Source: Candidatus Heimdallarchaeota archaeon (GTDB lineage: Archaea; Asgardarchaeota; Heimdallarchaeia; Heimdallarchaeales; Heimdallarchaeaceae). From it: a DNA stretch of 64,000 nucleotides. The position numbers were made by a program, and so were the translations under genes. Location: assembly GCA_030603365.1 (NCBI GenBank), contig JAUVXV010000013.1:68330-132329 (forward strand), given 5' to 3'. The notes under the pieces are model-generated. The model had not been told where the DNA came from. It was given only the letters and a program-made list of their open reading frames with translations, and did not search any database. Shown here piece after piece: positions 1 to 10,377 of this stretch (within the stretch, counting starts at the first letter, position 1; the number at the start of each line of letters is the position of its first letter).

Positions 1-1584
1 CTCATCAATGTTTAAAATTGTATCTCCGTCTGTATCCGAATCTATATCTGAGGCAAGAGGATTTAGGACATATTGATTCACTTCTAAACCGTCAATAACT
101 GTGTCACCATCGGAGTCATTATTGTAAATGTCTGTTCCAATAATTTCTTCTTCATGATCAAATAAACCGTCATTGTCACTATCATAATTCTGTGTGTGTG
201 TTGGAGACCCTAAATCTGATATCCATGGTGCAACCCCAAAATCATTTGTTTCTTTGATTATAACATATCCACGAGCTGATACTATCACAATTTCCAATTC
301 TTGGTCATTATCTATATCATAAATAAGTGGTGATATTTTATCTGAAATAGACAATGTCCTTGGTATTGACTCTTTAAGTATCCCATTGTGTTCTAAAATT
401 ATTGCATTAAAGTAACTTATTAGCACTATTTCTGGCATGTTATCTCTATCCAAATCAGCGATTGCTGGCGTTCCAACATATCCAGATCCTGCTAGATAGT
501 AAAATTCGTTCACTACCTCCTCCCCTTGGACACCATAAACAGCTAGACCATCATTTAATAATTGTAGAATCTCTAACTCTCCATCCATATCTATATCAAA
601 TACTGTGCCTTGTGTTGTTATGTAAACTGGTAAGGGAATTTCTGTGCTCCATGTCTTGTTATTTGCTGGATTAAGAGATATTCCATGTAGAATACTGAAT
701 GTAGATGCGATAAAGAGCTCCTTTTCTCCATTATTGTTAAAATCACCAATCAATGGCATTTCTCTTAATTCTTCATCAGGGTGAATAATTTTAATAGGAA
801 ACCTTAGCGGATATCCATTCACAATTGTACCATTTAGATGCCAAGCAAAAACAAACCCATTGTCTGTCGTTACAATGATTTCAGGTTCTCCATCACCTGT
901 TATATCTTCAGCAATTGGGGGAATAAAACTGACAGTGTCGTTAATTTGTATGGGCCAGTTAGTAAAATTCTGACCTTGATGATCAATATAAAAAATTGTA
1001 CTACTCTTTTTTTGGATTAAAACAAATTCTTTCTCTCCATCTTGATTCAAATCATGCATGATTGTACCCTGAATAAATTCACCAGATATATCAAATCCAA
1101 AAGTTGTATTGATCTCAGCTCTTCGGTTTACGGCAAAGAAACTAGTTATTTGTTTATCGTTTTCTGTTTTAGTATATTTGGTTATAAAACTCGGATCTGA
1201 TTTATTCAAGTCCATCCTCCCTAGAATTTCAACATCTTGCATATCCCATAGCAAGGTTAATGGCCATCCACTTGCTAATCTGTCTTTATTAAGAAAGAAT
1301 ACTTTTTTTCCTTCTTCTCCAGGAATATCCCCGATTATTATTGTTTCTAGAACACCATCATCATTCATATCTAGCACAAATGGAGGGATATGATAATTCA
1401 GGTTAGTTAGTAAGATTATTACTCTATCTAGATCTTCAACATAAGCTGATTTGATATTAGAATTCAAAGTATTCTTATAAGAGTTATTTAGGAAATTTAT
1501 TGAATTATTTGAGTTATATAGCGATGAATACAGGATTACTAAGAGTAACACAATTGAGAGAATTTTACCTTGTTTAGTTTTCAT
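1..1584 (-). CDS. Secreted FG-GAP-like repeat protein with Ca-binding DxDxDG repeats (runs off the left edge)
   Basis: Not in the ORF track. My translation from ATG 1584 gives signal peptide MKTKQGKILSIVLLLVIL, repeats DMNDDGVLE, DLNQDGEKE, DITGDGEPEI, DFNNNGEKE, DLDRDNMPEI, DIDNDQELEI, then DSDNDGL, DSDGDT, DTDGDT. The frame is open to position 1. Confidence 0.85.
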   Translation of the reverse strand, partial: MKTKQGKILSIVLLLVILYSSLYNSNNSINFLNNSYKNTLNSNIKSAYVEDLDRVIILLTNLNYHIPPFVLDMNDDGVLETIIIGDIPGEEGKKVFFLNKDRLASGWPLTLLWDMQDVEILGRMDLNKSDPSFITKYTKTENDKQITSFFAVNRRAEINTTFGFDISGEFIQGTIMHDLNQDGEKEFVLIQKKSSTIFYIDHQGQNFTNWPIQINDTVSFIPPIAEDITGDGEPEIIVTTDNGFVFAWHLNGTIVNGYPLRFPIKIIHPDEELREMPLIGDFNNNGEKELFIASTFSILHGISLNPANNKTWSTEIPLPVYITTQGTVFDIDMDGELEILQLLNDGLAVYGVQGEEVVNEFYYLAGSGYVGTPAIADLDRDNMPEIVLISYFNAIILEHNGILKESIPRTLSISDKISPLIYDIDNDQELEIVIVSARGYVIIKETNDFGVAPWISDLGSPTHTQNYDSDNDGLFDHEEEIIGTDIYNNDSDGDTVIDGLEVNQYVLNPLASDIDSDTDGDTILNIDE

Positions 1585-1758
1585 ATAAATCAACTTTCAA
1601 TTTTGAGCGTCTAGGATTTTGATTAATCTCCAATATGTTTGATATGCTAGAAATTTATCAGCCTTTATAAAACACAAGTTTCGCACATTTATTACTGTTG
1701 TCCAAATGCAAGCTTTGGAAACAAATAAAGTTAAAACTCTTAAATATACTAGTATTTT

Positions 1759-3015
1759 GTGACAGCAGAAGAGAAAGATCCTACCTATAAGGATTGGCCG
1801 TTTAGGAAACGGTTGAAATTCCAAATCACCAAATACTGGAAATATACAATAAAATGGTTTCCTTTTGCTCTCATAATAGGTGCTATTAGTGGGACTTTAA
1901 TGGCTGTATTTACCAGTCTTATTGTCAATCTTGAGATAGGTCTCCATGTTATCCCTGTTTATATAAAATATCCTATTATTGGTGGTATTACTTCTTTATT
2001 GTTATATTTTGGTTACAAAGAAGTGTATGGGGCAGGTATATCTCATGTTCTCTCTCACAAAAACACAACAACTCCTCTAAAAGCTAGAGGGTTGGTTACA
2101 AAGTTTTTTGCTAGTGTTCTAACATTAGGTGTTGGAGCACCAGCTGGAAGAGAAGGACCAGCGTTAACTCTTGGGAGTACTGCTGCGTATGTTATTGGTG
2201 ATAAAATAGGTATGAGTAAAGAAGATGAAATGCATGCAATTACAATAGGAGCAGCAGCTTGTACAGCAGCTGTTTTTGGTGCTCCACTCGGTGGTACTGT
2301 GTTTGCTTCTGAAGTTCCTTACAAAAGAGATCTGGATGAAACAGTATTTCTTCCTGCACTTGTAGCAAGTGCGATTTCATTTCTAGTTTATGATTCTCTT
2401 CTAAACTTAATTCAAAAAATACCATTTCTTGAAATAGTCGGTTTCCCAAATCTCGTGATTCCTATAATACTCTCTAATGCTATGGCATTCATAATATCAA
2501 TGGATTTCAGCTTATATAGAGGACAAATTCAGAGTAAGGAAGTAATTTTACGACGAACGATACAATATACAGATGTCCTTGAAACCTTAACTGTAAGAGA
2601 ATCAATGCAAGATTCTTTTGTAACAGTAAATCAAGCTGATAAACTAGAAGAAGTTTTTCAGCTTCTATATTTACATAAAATCAGTTCTCTGTCTGTTGTA
2701 AATGATCAAAATAATCTAGTAGGAATGATAAGTGCAATAGATTTTCAACGTGGTTTTTCAAAAGGAAATACTTTAGTAAAAGATGTGATGACGAAAGAGG
2801 TAATTACGGCATTTCCAGATGAAAGTTTATCGTTAATCTTTGATAGACTAACAACTTATAGCATTGAATGTTTACCTGTTATCGAAAGAGAGCAACCTCA
2901 AAGGATACTAGGAATATTGTCCTTTAGAGATATCGAATCAAGATATGAAACAGCGTTAACTAAAATTCATAGTAAAAGAAAACTAACCATAGAGGAAATA
3001 GAAGATGATTTTTAA
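1759..3015 (+). CDS. ClC-family chloride channel/antiporter with tandem CBS domains, apparently missing the second membrane half-repeat
   Basis: GAGIS, GREGP and FGAPLGG motifs, SLY near the membrane C-terminus, CBS pair. No GxFxP motif and only ~255 aa of membrane domain. Confidence 0.8.
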   Translation: MTAEEKDPTYKDWPFRKRLKFQITKYWKYTIKWFPFALIIGAISGTLMAVFTSLIVNLEIGLHVIPVYIKYPIIGGITSLLLYFGYKEVYGAGISHVLSHKNTTTPLKARGLVTKFFASVLTLGVGAPAGREGPALTLGSTAAYVIGDKIGMSKEDEMHAITIGAAACTAAVFGAPLGGTVFASEVPYKRDLDETVFLPALVASAISFLVYDSLLNLIQKIPFLEIVGFPNLVIPIILSNAMAFIISMDFSLYRGQIQSKEVILRRTIQYTDVLETLTVRESMQDSFVTVNQADKLEEVFQLLYLHKISSLSVVNDQNNLVGMISAIDFQRGFSKGNTLVKDVMTKEVITAFPDESLSLIFDRLTTYSIECLPVIEREQPQRILGILSFRDIESRYETALTKIHSKRKLTIEEIEDDF

Positions 3016-3772
3016 AACAGAACATTCTGCAATCAAAGATCTTGAGGTTCTGGATTTTAAAGAAGCAATATGGTTAACTCATTGGTATCCTCAAATTTGT
3101 CAATTTTTGGGAATTGATCCTAAAGAAGATAAAGATGCTTTACTGAATGCTTTAGCAATAACTTCCAGTAATATTACTCCAGATGTTCTGAAGCAATTAA
3201 TGCTAGATAAAAGCGTTTTTGCAATAGCTCCTGGAATTTATCTTGAAGATGAACTGGATGAATATCTTAAACGATATAATCGAAAAGAAGATATTCTGAT
3301 ATCAGCTGATGGAGCTACTTCCTATTTAATTTCTCAAAATATCATACCCCATATTATAGTAACCGACCTCGATGGTAATGTAGAAGACCAATTAACTGCC
3401 CAGAAGAAAGGATCGATTCTTCTGATACATGTTCATGGGGATAATTATCATAAAATTCAGAAATACTTTGAAGATATCTCAAATGGAAGATTTTTATTAA
3501 CTACTCAAATCCAACCTTTGCCAGGATCTTTTAATTTCTATGGTTTTACAGATGGCGATAGAATAGTGTGTCTCTCAACAGTGATGTCAGCTAAGGAGAT
3601 ATTTCTCATAGGTTATGATTTTGGTTCTGAGATAGGAAAGTATTCAAAGGATGGTTCAATTGATGATGAACTCAAAGCTAGAAAAATGAAAAAATTTATT
3701 ATAGGAAAATCAGTAATAAACTGGTGTTCTAATACTGGTCAATCTATCTCATTTCTAATAAATCGTGAGTAA
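3005..3772 (+). CDS. mptE: 6-hydroxymethyl-7,8-dihydropterin pyrophosphokinase MptE-like (DUF115)
   Basis: SADGA, VTDLDG, HVHGDN, GFTDGDR and GYDFG motifs of the archaeal MptE family; adjacent to queD. Confidence 0.8.
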   Translation: MIFKTEHSAIKDLEVLDFKEAIWLTHWYPQICQFLGIDPKEDKDALLNALAITSSNITPDVLKQLMLDKSVFAIAPGIYLEDELDEYLKRYNRKEDILISADGATSYLISQNIIPHIIVTDLDGNVEDQLTAQKKGSILLIHVHGDNYHKIQKYFEDISNGRFLLTTQIQPLPGSFNFYGFTDGDRIVCLSTVMSAKEIFLIGYDFGSEIGKYSKDGSIDDELKARKMKKFIIGKSVINWCSNTGQSISFLINRE

Positions 3773-3775
3773 TTT

Positions 3776-4267
3776 TTATCCATGAACTGGAAATAATTCT
3801 GTTGTTACTCCCTGACCATCATATTCATACACAGTCACTGTAACTTGGCTAATGTTTTCTTGCTTTATTTCCTCATTCTTAGCCAACATTTTCACGAAAT
3901 AATGACTCAATTCTTCTACAGTAGTATTTTCAATTGGTAAGATAACAACATCAGATTTAGGGAACTCATATTCTTTGTCAATATGTGGTATATTAACAAT
4001 AAGTTGATCTCCTTTCTCAGTAATGGTCATCAAGTGGTTTTTAGAAGGTATGAGAACTACATGATCAAGAGTGTCAACAATGGGCTTCATAATACGTTTT
4101 ATTGTATGGAAATTGATTACCATATTATCTTTACCCTGAGTTCCATAAACGTTTACTAAAATTCTATAATTATGACCATGAAGAGGTTCATTAAAATTTT
4201 CTCCAATTACAAAGTGTGCACATGAAAAAGTTAGATAATCCCTATCCAAGAACAAATCATAAGTCAT
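3776..4267 (-). CDS. queD: 6-carboxytetrahydropterin / 6-pyruvoyl-tetrahydropterin synthase family
   Basis: FSCAHF, LHGHNY, LDH and TTVEEL motifs. Confidence 0.85.
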   Translation of the reverse strand: MTYDLFLDRDYLTFSCAHFVIGENFNEPLHGHNYRILVNVYGTQGKDNMVINFHTIKRIMKPIVDTLDHVVLIPSKNHLMTITEKGDQLIVNIPHIDKEYEFPKSDVVILPIENTTVEELSHYFVKMLAKNEEIKQENISQVTVTVYEYDGQGVTTELFPVHG

Positions 4268-4318
4268 TATCTTAGTACTAATCCATTTTAATAAAAATCC
4301 TTCTTTTGAACATACTAA

Positions 4319-5254
4319 TTACTCACTACTGTCAAGAACAAAGGATTCTAGCTCTTGTATACCTAGATCTATATCAACTAGATATACTAGAAAGTCAGAT
4401 AGTAAAGCAGCATATTCATTTCTTAGTTCTTTTCCTAAGCTTATTAGGTCATCAAAATTATTTATGTCATCAAGACCCCAAGAAAGAACATCACAGAGTT
4501 TTCCTATTTCGTCTTCCGTAAGAACATCTTCTGTTGCCTTTTCAAGCATTTTGATCTGGGAAAGGATTTTTTCTGAGCTTGATGATTCGTCTTCATAGAT
4601 AGATACGAGAGGAATGATACAAATGTCTAGCAATTCATGCAAAGTCATCTGAGCTTTATCTCCTAAATCAATAGCTTGGTAAGATAAATCTGTAATCTGA
4701 CTGATTAATTCTTTCTGTGTCTGTTGGTTATCACCTTCAGAAACAACTGCTTTGTGAAGATTTGTATACTCATCTTGTTTACTTAAAACAAGTTTTAGAT
4801 TTTCTCTGAGATTCTCCTCAGCAGTAGATTCTGGAGAAGTTCGATAATAGATGTTTTGCCAGTTATTATTGACCAGTTCTTTAAGGTAGATTAATTCACT
4901 CCCTCTAACTAAGATGCTTTCGATTTTCTGAATAATGATTTCCCGTTCATTCATTCCTTTTAGATAAGCTCTTTCTACTTCTTCTTCAAATTCTGTTTTG
5001 GTTCTTCCTCCAGAACGAAGGTAGTCTACTATTGAGCTCTGATAAAATGTTCGTGCAAGCATAGACATAGCCGACAATAATGACGTTCTTAATGTATAAA
5101 GACTGTCCTCATTTGAACTAAGAAAGCGATCAATAGAGGATAGGATACTATTCATTAATGTGTAAATGTGTCGGAGTGTCCTGTAATTCAATCTGTCAAG
5201 GAATTTTCCTAAAACAGTCTGCCTCTCCAGAACCGCCTCTATATCTTCTTGCAT
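4319..5254 (-). CDS. Hypothetical acidic, alpha-helical protein
   Basis: 311 aa ORF co-oriented with its neighbours; no motif recognised. Confidence 0.7.
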   Translation of the reverse strand: MQEDIEAVLERQTVLGKFLDRLNYRTLRHIYTLMNSILSSIDRFLSSNEDSLYTLRTSLLSAMSMLARTFYQSSIVDYLRSGGRTKTEFEEEVERAYLKGMNEREIIIQKIESILVRGSELIYLKELVNNNWQNIYYRTSPESTAEENLRENLKLVLSKQDEYTNLHKAVVSEGDNQQTQKELISQITDLSYQAIDLGDKAQMTLHELLDICIIPLVSIYEDESSSSEKILSQIKMLEKATEDVLTEDEIGKLCDVLSWGLDDINNFDDLISLGKELRNEYAALLSDFLVYLVDIDLGIQELESFVLDSSE

Positions 5255-5412
5255 TAGTGAATATGTGATGGTGACACTTAAATAAAAGCCTTATCTTTTG
5301 GAAGAAGCGAATTTAAGGACATTTAAGTGAATAATCTTAATTTCCTTCTATAGAATTTAAATTATGTCTGATAGAATGAGAAAAAAATGAAGAGAAACAT
5401 ATTTTTACATTA

Positions 5413-5925
5413 TTACCCATACAATTGGTAATCATGCACATTTAATTTGGCTTTTATTTCCTCATCTGGCTTATAAGCGAGTAATGAGAATTCTTGTTTT
5501 TCAGTAAGATTTTCAACAATGAACTGACTAAGACCTGAAATTTCATCTTTAGTAATATTATCCAAAGCAATAAATCTAGATTCAGAAGTTTCATTGGTTC
5601 TGGATATGGGTTCTCCTCCTTTGTATTCAAGTCTGAAAACAATGTAGAGGTCTGAAATTAACCCTTTCTTCTTTTTCTCATTAGTCATATGTCTAATAGC
5701 TAAGATACTAGATGCTCTTGCTTCTACACCAGTTTCTTCATAAATTTCCCGTTCAATGGCTTTAGATAGCGATTCTCCAAGCTCAACATAGCCTCCAGGA
5801 AGAGTCCATTTGCCTTGACTTACACCATAGGTGTGTTTAACAAACAGAATTTTCCCGTCCTTAATACAAAATCCTCCTACTCCAACTTTGTGAAGACTAT
5901 GCCTTGATACATAATCACTGTGCAT
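5413..5925 (-). CDS. NUDIX hydrolase
   Basis: Nudix box GGYVELGESLSKAIEREIYEETGV. Confidence 0.92.
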   Translation of the reverse strand: MHSDYVSRHSLHKVGVGGFCIKDGKILFVKHTYGVSQGKWTLPGGYVELGESLSKAIEREIYEETGVEARASSILAIRHMTNEKKKKGLISDLYIVFRLEYKGGEPISRTNETSESRFIALDNITKDEISGLSQFIVENLTEKQEFSLLAYKPDEEIKAKLNVHDYQLYG

Positions 5926-6048
5926 GATTTACATTACAATTTCCTTCTAAAAAATCTTAGGTTTGAAATGTTAAAAGATAAACTACATACTTTACTATTT
6001 GTAGAGTTTCAAGAAAACAAAAAAGAAAAAGAAAAAGAGAATTAAAAC

Positions 6049-8037
6049 TTATTTTCTTCTGCGATAGAATGCAATTGCAGATGCAGCACCGATAGCAGCA
6101 ATTATACCAAACAATGGGAGTGGTGACTCGGTAGTTTGTTGAGGTTCTGTTGGAGTAGATACCTCTGGAGTAGTTTCCGGTGGTAAATCTGGTACAGGAT
6201 AACCTGCAGCACCTAACCATTCAAAAGCGGAACGGATATCATAATTGTATTTTATGATGTCGTTGTAGTAATAGAACGCTGTGTATGGATACAGAACGCT
6301 GTGAGCAACAAGATATTCTCCATCATGAAGAACCTGATTCATCTCAGCTCTGTCGATAGCATAATTCATCGCTTTACGTACTGCTATACCTACTGTATAT
6401 TCTTCTTTACCAACAGTGTCAAGATAAACGAAGTTATCTGCACCGCCAACAAAAGGACGACGTAGGTTGTAGAACATATAACTGAAACCTGCTGCAATAA
6501 ATGTTTGCACATTAAATCTTGGATCTGCTTGCATTTGTTTTCTTTCTGCTGGGAATGCTGTTAAACCAGTCCAATCCAATTTTCCTGCTTTGAATTCTGC
6601 TAATTCAGCAGAGGAATCAGGAATAACACGAATGATAAATGAATCGAAGTCTAAATCTTGAGAAGTTCCATCTATTACTCCTATACCTAACCAGAATGGG
6701 CTCTTTTGTAGAACTGTTACTGAGTTTCTGATGTAGTAATCTAACATATACTTGCCACAGCCAAATGCAGAGGTACTGAATGTAACCCATTGTTCGGTAT
6801 TAAGCATATCAGCGTATATACCAACACATTCAACCCCACCATCAGTATATGATACGGTTGGGTCGGTTGAGTTCAAGAAGAATTCTGGCATAATATTCCA
6901 TGGGAGTCTTGCCCAAAAGTCTACATAATGCTCAATTTCAGGAGTGTCTGGATTACCATCTATATGAACGTGGAAAGCTAATTCATTTACTGGATCTACA
7001 TAACATTCTGATATCCAATCATGATAAGTTGTACTTTCACTAGTAATTGGGTTTGACCAAACTAGATAGGTAAATACGGCATCTTTAGCAGTAACTTGTT
7101 GGTTAGTACCATCGCTGTATTCTCCAAATTTCAAGCCTTGCATCAATTCACCAGTTGGTATAGCACTTAAAGGATCAGAGTTTGCTGTTCTTCCAGTGAC
7201 GTTGTAGGATGGGTTCCAATAGACATCATCTCTCAAATAGAATTTGAAGTGGAATTCGTCAATTTGTTCCCAATCATAAACCAAACCAGTTTTTAGAGGT
7301 GCAAGATCTGGACTATATGTCATGATATTTTCAGCCATTAAATTCCAGATGAATGAACTTGATGTATCATCTGTGAACAATGGGTTGAGTTCTCTCCAGT
7401 TTGCATCTGCAAGATTGAATTCGGTAAGTGATACTTGACCTTCATGATAGCCATCATAGTACATGTAAGGTAAGGAATCAACTATTCCCCATCTGCCTTC
7501 ATATCCCTCAGTATTTGCCCATGTTGCTACATAGGATCTGGGGGCATAAAGAGGCAGTATTGGTACAATCTTGTCCATCATCAGCTGTTGCCAGTCGTAA
7601 TAATGTTGTTGTCTGGCATCAACATCAGTTATTGTTACACCGATATCTTGCATAATTTCAGATTGATTACAATATGGTATATCTGGACCTAGTTGATAAC
7701 AATTCAGTGAACCGTCTTCGGTATATATGTCTCTCATATCTGGAGAAGCTCCTCCTCCTGATAAACCGACTACACCGATGTCGTAATCGTGTGTCAGAAT
7801 CAATGTTCCTACGAATACGGACCATTCTTCAACCTTTACTTCTACTTCTATACCTATATCACGTAGATATTGTGCAATGAACAGGCCGTAATCAGGTCTT
7901 ACGCCACCACCGTTAGTCTTGAAGACTAAGTTTGCGATGGGCTCAACACCTTGAACCATAAAAGAAGAATTACTTCCACTCATTACAAGAAGATTTGCTA
8001 GGATGAAGATTGTAAAATATATTGCTTTTTTTTTCAT
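6049..8037 (-). CDS. ABC peptide/nickel (family 5) substrate-binding protein, circularly permuted, C-terminally membrane anchored
   Basis: LNPL, FYLRDDVYW, VTAKDAVFT, GCGKYML, VRKAMNYAIDR, LRDIGIEV and VPILPLY motifs. Signal peptide from MKKKAIYF (ATG 8037); P/T-rich linker + TM + RRRK tail. Confidence 0.88.
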   Translation of the reverse strand: MKKKAIYFTIFILANLLVMSGSNSSFMVQGVEPIANLVFKTNGGGVRPDYGLFIAQYLRDIGIEVEVKVEEWSVFVGTLILTHDYDIGVVGLSGGGASPDMRDIYTEDGSLNCYQLGPDIPYCNQSEIMQDIGVTITDVDARQQHYYDWQQLMMDKIVPILPLYAPRSYVATWANTEGYEGRWGIVDSLPYMYYDGYHEGQVSLTEFNLADANWRELNPLFTDDTSSSFIWNLMAENIMTYSPDLAPLKTGLVYDWEQIDEFHFKFYLRDDVYWNPSYNVTGRTANSDPLSAIPTGELMQGLKFGEYSDGTNQQVTAKDAVFTYLVWSNPITSESTTYHDWISECYVDPVNELAFHVHIDGNPDTPEIEHYVDFWARLPWNIMPEFFLNSTDPTVSYTDGGVECVGIYADMLNTEQWVTFSTSAFGCGKYMLDYYIRNSVTVLQKSPFWLGIGVIDGTSQDLDFDSFIIRVIPDSSAELAEFKAGKLDWTGLTAFPAERKQMQADPRFNVQTFIAAGFSYMFYNLRRPFVGGADNFVYLDTVGKEEYTVGIAVRKAMNYAIDRAEMNQVLHDGEYLVAHSVLYPYTAFYYYNDIIKYNYDIRSAFEWLGAAGYPVPDLPPETTPEVSTPTEPQQTTESPLPLFGIIAAIGAASAIAFYRRRK

Positions 8038-8672
8038 ATAAGCTCGCCTAACTATTCTTTTATTATGTGAATATTTTCTCACACTATGAGACTGACCTTT
8101 GAGGCCTTTATTATTATTTTGGTCACTTTTCGCTAGAACCCCCGAAACATTAATAAGTGCATGTTTCGCTCGACGCGTATTTTTTAAAATTTGTAGTAAT
8201 CATCTCAAGCATTCTATTTGATGGAAAGCTGTTCTTTGATGGCTATTGACGGAAAATAGAGTTCCTTTTAGGAGCACTCAACTACTTTTCAACTGATCTA
8301 CATAAGTGTCTTTCAAGCCATTTAATTATGTCCACTGATTCCAGAAAGAGTAATTTGAGACGAGAGGGGAAAGTAATCTTGTTTCCAATTTTAGTTTTTG
8401 TTACTGTTACTTACATCTTTAGTGATGGTCATTCTCCGATATATAAAAGACAGAAAGGGTAAAAAAGATGATATCTTTGAAATAGAATTTTACCCTTCAA
8501 ATGGTAATGATGTTGTCTTCTCCCCTGACAGATGATGCTTACATATAAGGAATTTTTTTAGAACTGGTGTCTTTGCTTTTTTTCTTTCCCTAGAGATTAT
8601 TAATAAAACCCGTCATAAGTTACATAAAGATTAATTATCTCCTAATACCAAGTGATTTTGGAATAAACAAGG

Positions 8673-9698
8673 ATGAAACAATTGAACATACTTAAGACGA
8701 TGAAGAATAAACATTCTTTCACGGTCTTACAAGCATTTTTTGTCACTATTTTGTGGTCTTCATCATGGCCCATTATAAAATTCGGTTTGAAGGAGATGCC
8801 TCCTTTAATTTTTGCTGGTATGAGATATGTTATAGCTTCCTTTCTTCTTCTAGTATATGTTTTATTTCAACCTAAGTATAGAAAAGAAGTTAGAAGTTTG
8901 ACTAAACGATGGTGGTTGAGATTGATACTTTATGGTTTAGTCTTTTACACAATTACTCAAGGTGCTCAATTTCTTGGTTTACTTTATTTAAACGCTATAA
9001 CCGTAAGTCTTGTTCTAAGTTTCACACCGATTCTAGTACTGATTTTTGCTAATTTTCTACTAAAAGAAAAAACAGATCTGATTCAAATATTACTTGTAGT
9101 ATTAGCTATTATCGGAGCTTTGCTGTATTTTCTATTAAATCCAGAATTAACTGCCAGTTCGTGGGTAATAGTCTCTGGTACGCAACAGTATCTTTTACCT
9201 AGCACTACAATAATTGCTACATCTTGGAAGATCATAGGATTAATTATAGTGATTATAGGGGTTCTAGCAAATGCTTTTTCAGCAATTATTGGAAGATCAA
9301 TAAATCAAGCTAAAGAAGTAAGTACCGTTGTAATAACATCTATTAGCATGTTCATAGGTTCATTTGTCCTACTAATAGCAGGTTTAATAATTGAAGATAT
9401 TCCCCAATTTTCTATCATATCAATAGGTTACATTCTTTTTCTTAGCATTGTTAACACAGCATTTGCTTTTACATTGTGGAATTATGTTATGCAGAAGCTT
9501 AAAGCTCTTGAAATTTCGTTAATCAATAATACAATGCTTTTTCAAATTACTATATTAGCTGTAATTTTCTTAGGAGAACTTCCAAATACTATTCAGTGGA
9601 TAGGTTTGATCATAGTTACACTTGTTGGTCTCCTGCTTCCTATATTTGAGGCTAGAAAGAAAAAAGTAAAAGATGAACTCTCAAATAAAGAAACTTGA
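8673..9698 (+). CDS. EamA/DMT family transporter
   Basis: LWSSSWPIIK, PPLIFAGMRY and NTAFAFTLWN; about ten TM segments. Confidence 0.9.
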   Translation: MKQLNILKTMKNKHSFTVLQAFFVTILWSSSWPIIKFGLKEMPPLIFAGMRYVIASFLLLVYVLFQPKYRKEVRSLTKRWWLRLILYGLVFYTITQGAQFLGLLYLNAITVSLVLSFTPILVLIFANFLLKEKTDLIQILLVVLAIIGALLYFLLNPELTASSWVIVSGTQQYLLPSTTIIATSWKIIGLIIVIIGVLANAFSAIIGRSINQAKEVSTVVITSISMFIGSFVLLIAGLIIEDIPQFSIISIGYILFLSIVNTAFAFTLWNYVMQKLKALEISLINNTMLFQITILAVIFLGELPNTIQWIGLIIVTLVGLLLPIFEARKKKVKDELSNKET

Positions 9699-10328
9699 AT
9701 TGGTATATCCCTCGATGATTCTTAGTTCCGCTCTTCTGATTCTCTCCTGCATAGCAACTCGTTTTATACCAAGCTCAGCAGAAATTTCCTCAAGTGTACA
9801 TCTGCGAGGAACTTCATAGTAACCCTTTTTGAGAGCTAATTGAAATGCTGCATATTGCTTATCCGTTAATAAATCTTGAATAGTTTCTGTAGGTCTCGAA
9901 GATAAGGCTTTCAATTGAATTGAAGTAAATCTATTTTGCAGTTTTTCTTGTAAATCCCGGAACGAATTAGGTGTTGGAGATAGAATGTTATGATATTGGA
10001 CACCATTTTCAATCACAATAGGTAATATTGTCATACTTCCACTTTCAAGAATAGTATCATGGATTGACGGATAATCAAGCTTATGAACAACTCTTGTCCA
10101 GAATCTGTTCTTACTTCTATGAGTAACTTTGATATCTTTAATTTGAGGTGACTTTTGCATAAGTTGCACATAGTCTTCTAAAGTTTCTGTCTTATTATCA
10201 AGCGCTTCGTAAAAACCCAAACCTTCTGAACCATTTATCGCTAGAATTGATACTCTAACAGGTATTTTCTGTGTAAGCTCACAAGAGTAATAATCTTTCG
10301 AGCTAATTGCAATTTTACTCCTAATCAC
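9681..10328 (-). CDS. Archaeal HTH_10 (bacterio-opsin activator-type) transcriptional regulator
   Basis: C-terminal LTDKQ...ALKKGYYEVPRRCTLEEISAELGI...ERIRRAE. GTG 10328 chosen to avoid overlap with the upstream gene. Confidence 0.88.
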   Translation of the reverse strand: MIRSKIAISSKDYYSCELTQKIPVRVSILAINGSEGLGFYEALDNKTETLEDYVQLMQKSPQIKDIKVTHRSKNRFWTRVVHKLDYPSIHDTILESGSMTILPIVIENGVQYHNILSPTPNSFRDLQEKLQNRFTSIQLKALSSRPTETIQDLLTDKQYAAFQLALKKGYYEVPRRCTLEEISAELGIKRVAMQERIRRAELRIIEGYTNSSFFI

Positions 10329-10377
10329 AAATAATAAGTATACTAACTTATTAAAAAAATAATTGGAAAAGAAAGAA

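Noticed and set aside
462-1824. Short track ORFs at 462, 838, 1109 and 1597
   Set aside because: Shadows of the long minus-strand gene 1-1584 and of the ClC start region.
8083-8672. Long intergenic gap
   Set aside because: No convincing ORF, repeat or stable structure; possibly decayed coding sequence.
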